Positions 1-9,161 of a DNA stretch of 64,000 nucleotides are shown here, piece after piece. The notes beneath the pieces were generated by a model. It was not told where the DNA came from. It saw only the letters and a list, made by a program, of their open reading frames with translations, and made no database searches. The position numbers and the translations under genes were made by a program. The stretch spans positions 13,489 to 77,488 of the forward strand of contig JAFVOQ010000020.1 of assembly GCA_017505785.1 (NCBI GenBank), written 5' to 3'. Every line of letters begins with the position of its first letter. Position 1 is the first letter of the stretch. The DNA is from Clostridia bacterium. Lineage in GTDB: Bacteria > Bacillota > Clostridia > Oscillospirales > CAG-272.

Positions 1-866
1 GCAGAAACGACACTCATTGTGGGAGTGACGAGTATACGGGGCAAGCGCGGTAACGCGCCAAAGGATACCAAAAGCACAGCAAGCGTGCGCCAGGTGAAAA
101 AGGCGGTTACCATGCAAGTAATGATAAAGATCGCGGGGGAAAGATTGATCAGCTCGGCTAAAAGATTGCGGATCGCCGTTTCGGAAATTTCCATTGTGAT
201 GCCGGCTTCGGCATAAAGTGCCTTTGCCTCATCCAGCGTGGCGATCAGCTCGTCACCGAGCGAATCAAGAACGCTCGGCAAAAGCGAAACATCCAAAAGA
301 TTGACCGAGGCGAGCGCAATGCCTGCCGCTGTAAGCAGCCCCACACCAATCATTGCGGTAAGCGCGATGATGATGGACGTGAACGGAATGCAGCGGCGTA
401 CGCCAAGCATAGCAATGAGTGCCACAGGCAAGGGTAGAAGCGTGAGCAGTGCGGCAAGTGGCGTTGCGCCGAGCAACAGTGCTGCAAAATATGCGCCGAT
501 CGGCAAAAGAGCCAGCACGGAATCGCCGGGGGCTTTTGCCGATAGCAAGAGCATTGCGCCGCACGCGCCCCCGAACACAATGGCAAAAAAGGCGGCGGGG
601 AGCATCATAGATCCCGAAACCGAAAAGAGCAGCATGGCGGGAATGGCGGGCGCGATGAGGGACGCCAAGGTGCGGGTCTGCATGTAAAAGAAGAGTGCCA
701 AGACTGCCACAAAGAGGAGCGAAGCCGTTTCGTTTGCCGCAAAGGGAATGATGAGAGAGGAGATCAGATACAGTACCGCTGCCGCAAGCAGTCTTGTGGC
801 GTTAGGACGTGCGATCAAGCTCCGCCACGCGGCAAGATCGGTTTTATTCAGTACGGTGCCGTTCAT
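1..866 (-). CDS. polytopic membrane protein, partial (C-terminus lies beyond the window start)
   Basis: Absent from the ORF track because it runs off the edge. The reverse strand reads AGGAGG-N7-ATG at 866 and stays open to position 1. The translation (MNGTVLNKTDLAAWRSL...LLFVAVLALFFYMQ...) is highly hydrophobic with many predicted TM segments. No family assignment is possible by eye. Confidence 0.6.
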   Translation of the reverse strand, partial: MNGTVLNKTDLAAWRSLIARPNATRLLAAAVLYLISSLIIPFAANETASLLFVAVLALFFYMQTRTLASLIAPAIPAMLLFSVSGSMMLPAAFFAIVFGGACGAMLLLSAKAPGDSVLALLPIGAYFAALLLGATPLAALLTLLPLPVALIAMLGVRRCIPFTSIIIALTAMIGVGLLTAAGIALASVNLLDVSLLPSVLDSLGDELIATLDEAKALYAEAGITMEISETAIRNLLAELINLSPAIFIITCMVTAFFTWRTLAVLLVSFGALPRLPRILVTPTMSVVS

Positions 867-1034
867 AGCGGATCCTCCTGCAAAAACATTACTCTAATTT
901 AATATTATAACATAAAAACTGACGGTTGTAAACACATTGCATGAAGGATTTGTGAAAAAAAGAGATAAAAAGGGAAATTTTTCCGCCCCTGTTTTGACTT
1001 TTTGATAAAAAAATAAAAAAATTTGAGTACTCTA

Positions 1035-1063
1035 TTGCAAAATGGGAAAAAGTGTGTTATACT
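1035..1063 (+). promoter_or_regulatory. sigma-A type promoter for the rimP-nusA-infB operon
   Basis: TTGCAA (1035-1040), a 17-nt spacer ending in TGt, then TATACT (1058-1063), giving an extended -10. Confidence 0.5.
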
Positions 1064-1084
1064 ACTGACAGTAGATAGTAGGTT

Positions 1085-1117
1085 GGAGCAGGTTGGTAAG
1101 ACCTGCTCCTCTTATTT
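1085..1117 (+). terminator. terminator-like hairpin in the rimP-nusA leader (possible attenuator)
   Basis: GGAGCAGGT-tggtaag-ACCTGCTCC forms a perfect 9-bp stem followed by TCTTATTT. It lies between the promoter and the rimP RBS. Confidence 0.45.
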
Positions 1118-1184
1118 GCGGTAGTGCGCGTATGTCAAATGCTACCGTTTATGCGCTATTTCAAATGTCAAACGGAGGTCTTTT

Positions 1185-1652
1185 ATGGCAACAGCAAAAA
1201 ACATTGCCGAAACCGTGCGCGAGCTGATTGCACCCGTAGCCGAGGAGCTGGGGCTTTTCTTATGGGACGTTGAGTTCGTCAAGGAGGGAGCACGCCGTGT
1301 GCTTCGGGTGACCATTGACAGCGACGAGGGGATCACGATCGACGATTGCGAACGTATGCACCGCGCCATTGACCCCGTGCTTGACGAGGCGGATCCCATT
1401 GAAAGTGCTTACGATCTTGAGGTCAGCTCTCCCGGCATTGAGCGTGAGCTGCGCACCGATGCACACATCGCGTTTGGCATCGGAGAGCTGGTGGATCTGC
1501 GCTTCTTTGCGCCTGTGAACGGCAAAAAGACACACCGCGGCATTCTGGTGGGTCGGGGCGAGGCAGGAAGCATTTTGATCGAGGTAGACGGTGAGGTAAC
1601 CGCCTTTGAGCGAAACACTGTTGCCAAGATCACAACTGTGTTTGAATTTTAA
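1185..1652 (+). CDS. rimP: ribosome maturation factor RimP
   Basis: 155 aa with a GGAGG RBS. The sequence has RimP-like motifs (LFLWDVEF...RVLRVTID...YDLEVSSPGIEREL) and sits immediately upstream of nusA. Confidence 0.9.
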   Translation: MATAKNIAETVRELIAPVAEELGLFLWDVEFVKEGARRVLRVTIDSDEGITIDDCERMHRAIDPVLDEADPIESAYDLEVSSPGIERELRTDAHIAFGIGELVDLRFFAPVNGKKTHRGILVGRGEAGSILIEVDGEVTAFERNTVAKITTVFEF

Positions 1653-1721
1653 ATTCAAGCCTTCAAAACAGCGAATAAATTTGAGAAAGCAAAAGATAAC
1701 ATAGTACGAAAGGATAAAGCC

Positions 1722-2762
1722 ATGAGCACGAAAAGCAGTAAGGAGTCCTTCCTCAACGCCCTTGACCTTCTTGAAAAGGAGAAGGGTATTCCGAAAGCCT
1801 ACATGTTGGAAAAGATCGAGGCGGCACTTGTGTCCGCTTATCACAAGGAGTACGGTGCCAACGCCAATGTGAGGATCGCGTTTGACCTTGAAAAGGACGA
1901 TGTGCGTGTATTTAAGCAAATGACAGTTGTGGATACCGTGACCGATCCCGAAACCGAGATCTCGCTTGAGGATGCCAAGGCTCTCAATAAGCGCCACACA
2001 CTCGGCAAGCTCATTGAGATCAAGGTCAAGCCCGAAAATTTCCGCCGCTTGTCCGCCGCTGCCGCCAAATCGGTCATTATTCAGAGCATTCGCGAGGGCG
2101 AGCGCCGCGTGATGCAGGAGGCATATGAGAACCAGCGCGAGGAGATCATTACCGCAACGGTGAGCAAGATCGACCCCGTAAACGGCAACGTGGTGCTGGA
2201 TACCGGAACAGGCCGCGCCGTGCTTCTTAAAAACGAGCAGATCCCCGGCGAGAGCTTTATGGTAGACGACCGTGTAAAGGTGTTTGTCATGGAAGTAAAC
2301 AAGGAGGCACACGGGCCGCTGGTTACGCTTTCGCGCTCCCACTCGGGTCTTGTGCGCCGCTTGTTTGAGCTGGAAATTCCCGAGATCGCAGACGGCGTTG
2401 TAATGATCAAGAGCGTATCCCGTGAGGCGGGCGTGCGCAGCAAGGTTGCTGTATATTCTCGCGACGAGAACGTGGATCCGATCGGTGCATGCATCGGCAA
2501 TCGCGGTATGCGTATCGGCGGTATTGTTGAGGAGCTGCGCGGCGAAAAGATCGACATCATTCCTTACAGCGAAACGCCCGAGGAATTTATTGCCGCCGCA
2601 CTTGCCCCTGCGCGCGTGCTCTCGGTTGAGCTGACGGGTGAGCGCACCTGTCGCGTTTTGGTAGAGCCCGACCAGCTCTCGCTTGCCATTGGCAGAGAGG
2701 GTCTTAACGCCCGTCTTGCGGCAAGACTTACCGGCTACAAGATCGACATCAAGGCAGAATAA
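1722..2762 (+). CDS. nusA: transcription termination/antitermination factor NusA
   Basis: 346 aa with N-terminal, S1 and KH-domain sequence (…GACIGNRGMRIGGIVEELRGEKIDII…). It occupies the canonical operon position. Confidence 0.95.
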   Translation: MSTKSSKESFLNALDLLEKEKGIPKAYMLEKIEAALVSAYHKEYGANANVRIAFDLEKDDVRVFKQMTVVDTVTDPETEISLEDAKALNKRHTLGKLIEIKVKPENFRRLSAAAAKSVIIQSIREGERRVMQEAYENQREEIITATVSKIDPVNGNVVLDTGTGRAVLLKNEQIPGESFMVDDRVKVFVMEVNKEAHGPLVTLSRSHSGLVRRLFELEIPEIADGVVMIKSVSREAGVRSKVAVYSRDENVDPIGACIGNRGMRIGGIVEELRGEKIDIIPYSETPEEFIAAALAPARVLSVELTGERTCRVLVEPDQLSLAIGREGLNARLAARLTGYKIDIKAE

Positions 2763-2781
2763 TGCCATAACGGTGTAAGAA

Positions 2782-3063
2782 ATGGAGAAAAAAGCGAAAA
2801 AGATCCCCTTGCGTCAATGTCTTGGCTGCAACGGGCATTTCCCCAAAAAGGAGCTGCTGCGCGTGGTGCGTGATCCCGCGGGTGCGGTATCGCTTGATTT
2901 CACGGGCAAGAAATCGGGGCGCGGCGCGTATATTTGTAAGAGTAGCGCTTGCCTTGTAAAGGCTGAAAAAACGGGACGCCTTGCACGCAATCTTGAGTGT
3001 GAGATCCCCGCCGAGGTCTACACCGCAATGCGCGAAGAGCTTGCCGCCCATGAAGCAGATTGA
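2782..3063 (+). CDS. ylxR: YlxR/RnpM family RNA-binding protein (DUF448)
   Basis: 93 aa with the RQCLGC...GRGAYIC motif. It lies between nusA and infB, as in Bacillus. Confidence 0.85.
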   Translation: MEKKAKKIPLRQCLGCNGHFPKKELLRVVRDPAGAVSLDFTGKKSGRGAYICKSSACLVKAEKTGRLARNLECEIPAEVYTAMREELAAHEAD

Positions 3064-3406
3064 AGCAAAGGCACTCTCCTATCTCGGCTTTGCCGTGCGC
3101 GCAAGGCGTGCGGTGATCGGCGTGGCCTTGGTGTGTGAGGCACTCAAAAAAGCACCAAACGGTAGTGAAAAAGCACCGCTTATCGTTTTGGAGGCGGCGG
3201 ATACCTCGGCAAACACGCACAAGCGTATTGCCGACCGTACCCTTTATTATAAAACCCCTGCCGTGCGGCTTTCGGTCGACGGCGGCGCGCTTGCCACTGC
3301 CGTGGGTAAGCGTGGCGGCACTGTCGGTGCTGTTGGCGTGACCGATCAAAATCTTGCGGCGGCGATCGCCGCACTTTACGGCATTACTTTTTCAAACAAT
3401 CAGTAA
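3050..3406 (+). CDS. L7Ae/L30e family RNA-binding protein (YlxQ-like)
   Basis: The ATG at 3050 (MKQIEAKALSYLGFAVRARRAV...) overlaps the ylxR stop. This is the conserved position directly upstream of infB. The longer track ORF starting at 2981 overlaps ylxR heavily and is less likely. Confidence 0.75.
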   Translation: MKQIEAKALSYLGFAVRARRAVIGVALVCEALKKAPNGSEKAPLIVLEAADTSANTHKRIADRTLYYKTPAVRLSVDGGALATAVGKRGGTVGAVGVTDQNLAAAIAALYGITFSNNQ

Positions 3407-3484
3407 ATTTACCCTTTGGGTGTAAGAAATTTAACCAAACTTTGGAAGGTGTTCCGCACGGACTGCGGAAGACAAGGAGGAAAT

Positions 3485-6271
3485 ATGGCGTTTAAGGTTG
3501 CACAATTAGCAAAGGATCTCGGTATCAAAAGTAAGCAAATTACAGAATTGATGACCGCGAAGGGTCTTGAATGCAAGACCACGCAAAAATCGCTGGATGC
3601 AAAGGAATTTGATATTATTTTCGACGCATTGACGCGTGAAAAGCAGGTTACCGATATCGACGGATATCTGTTTGGTGATACCTATATCCCCACGGCGGCA
3701 AAGCCTGCCCCCAAAAAGGAAACTGTCGAGGAAAAGGGTAAACAGGAACCTGCCACTGCATCCGCAGCAGAAGCCAAAGCTGCGCCCAAAACAGAAAAAG
3801 CTACTGCAAAAGCAGCGCCTGAGGTGAAGTCCGCACCGAAGACGGAAGCTGCAAAAGCCCCCACCTCCTCCAAAGAGCAAACAGTGGAGCCATCCACCGA
3901 AAAGCCCGAAGTGGCAAAGCCGGCGGCACCCGCTACACCCGCACGCCCCGCGCCCCGTACCTATAATATTCCCCAAAATCTGCGTGCCACCATTGCTACC
4001 TCGCAGCGTCCCGCAGCGCAAACGGCTCCCCGCCGTGATGCCGCACCCACGCGCCCTGCACAGCAGGGAAGTGCGCGTCCTATGGGCGATCGCCCTGCAC
4101 GTGCCGAGTTTGCGCCCCGTGGCGGTGCATTTTCGCAGGGCAACGTAAAGCCGAACTTTGCACAGCAAAGACCGGATAACCGTGCGCAAAAGCCCCAGCA
4201 AAACCGCAACAACGGCTTCCGCGATAAGGACGAAGGGGGAGGACGCATCGTGCGCGAGCAGTTCCGACCGACCGTTATTACCCGTGGGCAGACCCCCAAG
4301 GGCACCGATGCTACCGCAAAGGCGCGTACCACACGTGTGGTGGACATGCGCGGCTCAAGCGTGGACCTTTCCAAATACGATGAACGTTTGGATACCTTTG
4401 TGCCCGATGCAGTGCGCGACGCGCGCGGCGGAAACCAGCGCTTCAAAAAGCAGCAGGTAGGCACGCATGCCTTCAGCGCGGGTAAGAAGGGTGCGAAAAA
4501 GAGCACCGCGCCCGTTACCAAGCAGGCAAATTCCGTGACGATCCCTGAGGAGATCACGGTGAGCGAATTCGCTTCACGTATGAAGATCCCGCCTGCAGAA
4601 GTGGTGAAAAAGCTCATGATGATGGGCATGATGGTCACGCTCAATCAAACCATTGATTTTGATACAGCATTCCTCATCGCCTCCGAGCTTGGCGTTGAAG
4701 CAACCAAGGAGGTTGTTGTCAGCATTGAGGAAAAGCTGTTTGACGATGCCGAGGATAAGGCAGAGGATCTTATGGATCGCGCACCCGTTGTGTGCGTTAT
4801 GGGTCACGTTGACCACGGTAAGACCTCCTTGCTTGATGCCATTCGTCACACCAACGTAACCGCAGGCGAGGCCGGCGGTATTACCCAGCACATCGGTGCG
4901 TATCGCGTAAAGGTGGACGGCAGAGATCTTACCTTCCTTGATACCCCCGGTCACGAGGCGTTTACCGCCATGCGTGCACGCGGTGCCAAGGCGACCGATA
5001 TTGCCATTCTCGTGGTGGCGGCAGATGACGGTATCATGCCCCAGACCGTTGAGGCGATCAACCACGCAAAGGCAGCCGAGATCGATATCATCGTTGCCAT
5101 TAATAAAATGGATAAACCCGGCGCCAACCCCGATGCCATTAAGCAGGAGCTGACCAAATACGACCTTGTGCCCGAGGAGTGGGGCGGCGACGTTATCTGT
5201 GTGCCGATCTCCGCACTCAAGCGTGAGGGTATTGATACACTGCTTGAAAACGTATTGCTCGTTGCCGATATGAAGGAGCTGAAGGCCAATCCCGACCGTC
5301 GCGCTAAGGGTATTATCATCGAATCTAAGCTTGACCGCGGTCGCGGTCCTGTGGCGACCGTGCTGGTACAAAACGGTACGTTGCATAGCGGCGATATCGT
5401 CATTGCAGGCACTGCCGTTGGCCGTGTGCGTGTGATGAGCGACCACAATGGCAGAACCCTCAAGGAGGCAGGCCCCTCCGTGCCTGTTGAGATCGTCGGT
5501 CTTGCAGAAGTGCCCGAGGCAGGCGACGAGTTTGCCGCTGTTGAGGATGAACGCATGGCAAGAACCCTTGCCGATCAGCGCCGTGACAAGGCGAAGGAGG
5601 AGGGCTTTAAGGCAAATGCCCGCGCCAACCTCAACGACCTGTTTGCACAGATCTCCGAGGGCGTAAAGGAGCTCAACATTATCGTAAAGGCAGACGTTGC
5701 AGGTTCTGCCGAGGCTGTAAAGCAATCGCTTGAAAAGCTGACAAACGAGGAAGTAAAGGTGCGCGTGATCCATGCCGCTGTCGGTGGCATCATTGAGGGT
5801 GACGTTATGCTTGCCGCTGCCTCCAATGCCATTATCGTTGGCTTTAACGTACGCCCCGATAAGGCGGCGACCGATTCCGCTGAGCGTCAAAAGGTAGATA
5901 TCCGTACCTACCGCATCATCTACGAGTGCATCGAGGAGATCGAGGCGGCTATGAAGGGTATGCTTGCACCCAAGTTCCGTGAAAACGTGATCGGTCACGC
6001 AGAGGTGCGCCAGACCATTCATGTACCCAACGTCGGCTTTATTGCAGGCTCTTACGTGCAGGACGGTAAGATCACCCGTCAGTCGCAGATCCGCGTGGTA
6101 CGTGACGGCATTGTGATCTTTGAGGATAAAATTGCTTCGTTGCGTCGCTTTAAGGATGACGTAAAGGAGGTTGCCGACGGCTATGAGTGCGGCATCGGTC
6201 TTGATCGCTTTAATGATATCAAGGTAGGCGATATTCTCGAGGCCTTCATCATGGAGGAAATTGCGCAGTGA
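3485..6271 (+). CDS. infB: translation initiation factor IF-2
   Basis: AGGAGG RBS before the ATG at 3485 ([13 protein letters not shown]...). GTPase motifs are present ([21 protein letters not shown]). The N-terminal linker is Ala/Pro/Lys-rich. Confidence 0.95.
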   Translation: MAFKVAQLAKDLGIKSKQITELMTAKGLECKTTQKSLDAKEFDIIFDALTREKQVTDIDGYLFGDTYIPTAAKPAPKKETVEEKGKQEPATASAAEAKAAPKTEKATAKAAPEVKSAPKTEAAKAPTSSKEQTVEPSTEKPEVAKPAAPATPARPAPRTYNIPQNLRATIATSQRPAAQTAPRRDAAPTRPAQQGSARPMGDRPARAEFAPRGGAFSQGNVKPNFAQQRPDNRAQKPQQNRNNGFRDKDEGGGRIVREQFRPTVITRGQTPKGTDATAKARTTRVVDMRGSSVDLSKYDERLDTFVPDAVRDARGGNQRFKKQQVGTHAFSAGKKGAKKSTAPVTKQANSVTIPEEITVSEFASRMKIPPAEVVKKLMMMGMMVTLNQTIDFDTAFLIASELGVEATKEVVVSIEEKLFDDAEDKAEDLMDRAPVVCVMGHVDHGKTSLLDAIRHTNVTAGEAGGITQHIGAYRVKVDGRDLTFLDTPGHEAFTAMRARGAKATDIAILVVAADDGIMPQTVEAINHAKAAEIDIIVAINKMDKPGANPDAIKQELTKYDLVPEEWGGDVICVPISALKREGIDTLLENVLLVADMKELKANPDRRAKGIIIESKLDRGRGPVATVLVQNGTLHSGDIVIAGTAVGRVRVMSDHNGRTLKEAGPSVPVEIVGLAEVPEAGDEFAAVEDERMARTLADQRRDKAKEEGFKANARANLNDLFAQISEGVKELNIIVKADVAGSAEAVKQSLEKLTNEEVKVRVIHAAVGGIIEGDVMLAAASNAIIVGFNVRPDKAATDSAERQKVDIRTYRIIYECIEEIEAAMKGMLAPKFRENVIGHAEVRQTIHVPNVGFIAGSYVQDGKITRQSQIRVVRDGIVIFEDKIASLRRFKDDVKEVADGYECGIGLDRFNDIKVGDILEAFIMEEIAQ

Positions 6272-6311
6272 GATAAGCTCACGCCGATTTCAATCCACAA
6301 GGAGGCTTCAG

Positions 6312-6737
6312 ATGAATTGGGAAAAATCTTGCGGCGCACTTGTGGTGCGCCGCGAAAATGACAAGTATTATATACTCATGATACGCCATAAGGCGGGCGG
6401 GAGTCGCTCCTTTCCTAAAGGACATATGGAACAGGGAGAAAGCGAATATGCCACCGCCCTGCGCGAGGTGATGGAAGAAACCTCTTCCCGTATAGCGATT
6501 ATTTCGGATTTCCGTGCTACCGTTAAATACAGCCCCTCGCCCGGCGTGATGAAAGAGGTTGTGTATTTCCTTGCCTTTACGACCGAAGAGAGCATCAAGG
6601 CAAGAGAGGGTGAGATCGCTGAGGTTGAGTGGGTGCCACTTGAGGAGGCGGAACGGTGCCTCACGCACGAAAATGATAAAACCGTATTTCGTGCCGCTAT
6701 GGAGCGCATGCAGCATCTTTCTTTTGAAATTAAATGA
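6312..6737 (+). CDS. NUDIX hydrolase
   Basis: AGGAGG RBS before the ATG at 6312. The Nudix box GHMEQGESEYATALREVMEETS is present. Confidence 0.85.
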   Translation: MNWEKSCGALVVRRENDKYYILMIRHKAGGSRSFPKGHMEQGESEYATALREVMEETSSRIAIISDFRATVKYSPSPGVMKEVVYFLAFTTEESIKAREGEIAEVEWVPLEEAERCLTHENDKTVFRAAMERMQHLSFEIK

Positions 6738-6747
6738 GGAAATAAGA

Positions 6748-6797
6748 GAGCAGGGGGACCCCCTTTTGAAAAATGGGGTCCCCCTGCTCTTTGTTTG
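6748..6797 (+). terminator. intrinsic terminator after the Nudix gene
   Basis: Perfect 15-bp stem GAGCAGGGGGACCCC / GGGGTCCCCCTGCTC with a 12-nt loop, followed by TTTGTTTG. Confidence 0.8.
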
Positions 6798-6819
6798 CCC
6801 ATGGGCAAACAAATTCACA
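6795..6819 (+). repeat. direct repeat copy 1 (TTGCCCATGGGCAAACAAATTCACA)
   Basis: Matches 7733-7757 at 23 of 25 positions. It directly follows a terminator. Confidence 0.8.
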
Positions 6820-6963
6820 TCCCTCTCCCGAAAACTTTATAAGGGGATAAGAGGTTGGGTGCTTGTCTTTACAGGTTGATCGTTGTTATTTTGCAGATGT
6901 CTTCAAAAGCTTATTTGATTTTTCACTGCAAATATGCTATAATGGCAATAAGAGGTGAGATTC

Positions 6964-7695
6964 ATGATTGATCAGATCAGCGCACGGCGTAGAGTGGTGA
7001 TTGTTTTTTTGTTTTCGGTAGTAGCGTTGCTTGTGTTTACAGGTTGCTGCTATTTGGGGCAGGATTGGTTTTTGAAATGGCATGGCATCCCCACAGGCGG
7101 TGTATTGATGCTGTTGGCTATTCCGCTTCACCTGTTGGGTGAAAAAAGTGCAATTTCCTATGTGTTCAGCTTTTTGTTGAACACAGCGGGTATGGGCTTT
7201 TGCGCTTCGGCATATTACACCATGACGATCGCGCCCTCGGCACTGGAGGATCTTTTGCCGGCGCTCGTTTTGCCGCTTGCAATCTTGCTTGTGACCTGTA
7301 TTTTACTTGTTGTATGTATTGAGAAAAAGCAACCGATCGTTACGATCGTAATATTCCTTGAAATCGCCTTGATCATTGCTTCGATCGTGTTTTGGGTGGA
7401 CCGAGGGGCAGAGTTCTATGCATTTTCACTCTTTTCCTTGGTTGTGGCAAGCTTTTATACAGTTGTGTATCACTTCGCCATAGACGAGGATGAATATAGC
7501 ATCTTGCGTGATGTTTCTCTTGGCAGCTACGGCGCGTTTTTATTGGTGGGCGTTGCCGCATTGGTTGCCATTGCCTGCGTTGCGGGTGATGGATGTGACT
7601 GCGACGGGGGAGATTGCTGTGACTGTGATTGTAGCGGTTGCGACTGCGGTAGCGGTGATGGCAAGACAAAGGCGAAAAAGATAAAAAATAAGTAA
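6964..7695 (+). CDS. polytopic membrane protein with a C-terminal Cys/Asp-rich tail
   Basis: AAGAGG RBS before the ATG at 6964, with a TATAAT at 6936-6941. About six hydrophobic segments are followed by GDGCDCDGGDCCDCDCSGCDCGSGDG and a KTKAKKIKNK terminus. I recognise no family. Confidence 0.7.
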   Translation: MIDQISARRRVVIVFLFSVVALLVFTGCCYLGQDWFLKWHGIPTGGVLMLLAIPLHLLGEKSAISYVFSFLLNTAGMGFCASAYYTMTIAPSALEDLLPALVLPLAILLVTCILLVVCIEKKQPIVTIVIFLEIALIIASIVFWVDRGAEFYAFSLFSLVVASFYTVVYHFAIDEDEYSILRDVSLGSYGAFLLVGVAALVAIACVAGDGCDCDGGDCCDCDCSGCDCGSGDGKTKAKKIKNK

Positions 7696-7698
7696 GAC

Positions 7699-7730
7699 AA
7701 AAAAGCCGCGGCGAATGCCGCGGCTTTTTT
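7699..7730. terminator. bidirectional intrinsic terminator
   Basis: AAAAAGCCGCGG-cgaatg-CCGCGGCTTTTTT has an A-tract upstream and a T-tract downstream. It lies between convergent genes. Confidence 0.8.
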
Positions 7731-7732
7731 GA

Positions 7733-7757
7733 TTGCCCGTGGGCCAACAAATTCACA
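7733..7757 (+). repeat. direct repeat copy 2 (TTGCCCGTGGGCCAACAAATTCACA)
   Basis: Matches 6795-6819 at 23 of 25 positions. It also directly follows a terminator. Confidence 0.8.
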
Positions 7758-7812
7758 GATCTGTAAAAGCTTACCACAAATCTATGAGGCTTGGGGGAGT
7801 GAGTTTTAAAAT

Positions 7813-8160
7813 TTATTTTTTTGACCGAAGAACAGCTTTTGTGGTTTCGATTACCGCCAAGATTGCAGAAAGCTCCTCACCGGTACAATCCGAGAGCAGA
7901 GCATTGATGCGTGCATTTGACACGTGCTCACATTTTTTAAGATTTTGATATACCAGCTCGTCAAGCGAAACTTCGAGCGCATTTGCGATTTTGATTAAAG
8001 TGGGTAAGCTTACCTTTGTGGCGGCACGCTCAATGTGCGAAATGTTAGAGGGCTCAACTTGAGATAATTCTGCCAAAGCCGCTTGCGTCAAATGCTTATG
8101 TGTTCGAAATTCTTTTATTCTTTTGCCGATTTCGGCGTAATCTATACTACAATTCATCAA
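7813..8160 (-). CDS. XRE-family helix-turn-helix transcriptional regulator
   Basis: 115 aa with an HTH_3 signature (IKEFRTHKHLTQAALAELSQVEPSNISHIERAATKVSLPTLIKIANAL). Confidence 0.85.
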   Translation of the reverse strand: MMNCSIDYAEIGKRIKEFRTHKHLTQAALAELSQVEPSNISHIERAATKVSLPTLIKIANALEVSLDELVYQNLKKCEHVSNARINALLSDCTGEELSAILAVIETTKAVLRSKK

Positions 8161-8255
8161 AGCGTTTCTCCTAAAATTATACTAATGTTATTGTATATCC
8201 GAAAAGGATATGTTAAAATAACACATAAATCCTAATAGGACACACAATAACATTT

Positions 8256-8699
8256 ATGGAGAAAATTGCTTTGACAGTAACATTTTTTGGACACAAGGAT
8301 GCACCAACAAGCCTTGGAGAGAGGATATATGAGATATTGCTTGATCTCATTTGTAAGAAAGGTGCGAAAAATTTTCTTGTTGGAACACACGGAAACTTTG
8401 ATCACTTGGCACTTTCGGTATTAACACGCTTAAAAAAGCAGTATCCGTATATACGGTGCACAGTGGTGCTTGCATATATGCCGCAAGGGAAACGAGAAGT
8501 TTACAACGAAATGGAAACGGTGCTTCCGGCAGAGGTGACAAGCGCGCCACCTCGCTTTGCCATAGATAGAAGAAACAGTTATATGCTTGAGAAAAGTGAT
8601 GTTGTGATAACCTATGTTATGCGATCATATGGCGGCGCTGCAAAATTTAAGGAAATGGCACTTTCGTGCGGTAAACGCGTAATAGAATTGTCGGAATAA
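8256..8699 (+). CDS. SLOG-fold DUF1273/YpsA-like protein
   Basis: 147 aa. The pattern FFGHKDAP...FLVGTHGNFDHLA...VVLAYMP...SDVVITYV resembles DUF1273 (YpsA-type SLOG) proteins. This assignment is from memory of the family only. Confidence 0.6.
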   Translation: MEKIALTVTFFGHKDAPTSLGERIYEILLDLICKKGAKNFLVGTHGNFDHLALSVLTRLKKQYPYIRCTVVLAYMPQGKREVYNEMETVLPAEVTSAPPRFAIDRRNSYMLEKSDVVITYVMRSYGGAAKFKEMALSCGKRVIELSE

Positions 8700-9160
8700 T
8701 ATTCGATACGAAAACGGGCTGTCGCGGTTGCCGCAACGGTTTGCGGAGCAAAACTTACATAGCCGAAGGCACCAACTCCTACAAGGGCATGCGAACGGGG
8801 TGTAAAATGTAAGATGTCATCGTAGGGGCGCTTCACGAAGCGCCCGCGGAGGAATTGTGAAACGGGCACTACTGTGAAACGAAGAATCGCAACGCGATTC
8901 CTACACACAAACCGCAAGCGGTTTGTCGCCCCTGCAAGAGCCTCTTTTCAAATATTAATAGGGTGTTTGGGTGTGAATTGTATTTCTGGTTTTGCATGTT
9001 GCGGATCACGGGAGGGGGAACCCCTCCCCTACAAGGGAGAGTGCGAGCAGGGTGCAAGGTGTAGATACATGGTAAGCACCCCTACAGCAAATGGTGTAAA
9101 CAACGCGCAGCATTGCGGCATATGATAATTCCCCTTCCTCTTTATTTTCTCATTTTGCTG
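8700..9160. repeat. non-coding cluster of short GC-rich hairpin modules
   Basis: No credible ORF. Hairpins include GGGGCGCTTCACGAAGCGCCC, GAATCGCAACGCGATTC, AAACCGCAAGCGGTTT and GGGAGGGGGAACCCCTCCC. The motif CCTACA (TGTAGG on the other strand) recurs next to the stems. Confidence 0.6.
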
Positions 9161-9161
9161 A

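Noticed and set aside
238-687. 149-aa plus-strand ORF at the window start
   Set aside because: It lies opposite a minus-strand membrane-protein gene that has a strong RBS and start at 866 and stays open to the window edge.
1260-2768. 502-aa minus-strand ORF covering rimP and nusA
   Set aside because: It is an antisense shadow of two well-supported genes in GC-rich DNA. It has low-complexity composition, no RBS and no recognisable motifs.
4574-6022. 482-aa minus-strand ORF inside infB
   Set aside because: It lies antisense to the IF-2 GTPase region, whose motifs are unambiguous on the plus strand.
6272-6737. Absence of rbfA/truB/ribF after infB, with a Nudix gene in their place, as an anomaly
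   Set aside because: Operon truncation and rearrangement downstream of infB is common in Firmicutes. Nothing in the sequence suggests a functional novelty.
8700-9160. Possible CRISPR array or tRNA/ncRNA gene in the hairpin-rich gap
   Set aside because: The stems differ in sequence and are irregularly spaced, so there are no repeat-spacer units. No cloverleaf with anticodon and T-loop features could be drawn, and no cas genes are in the window.
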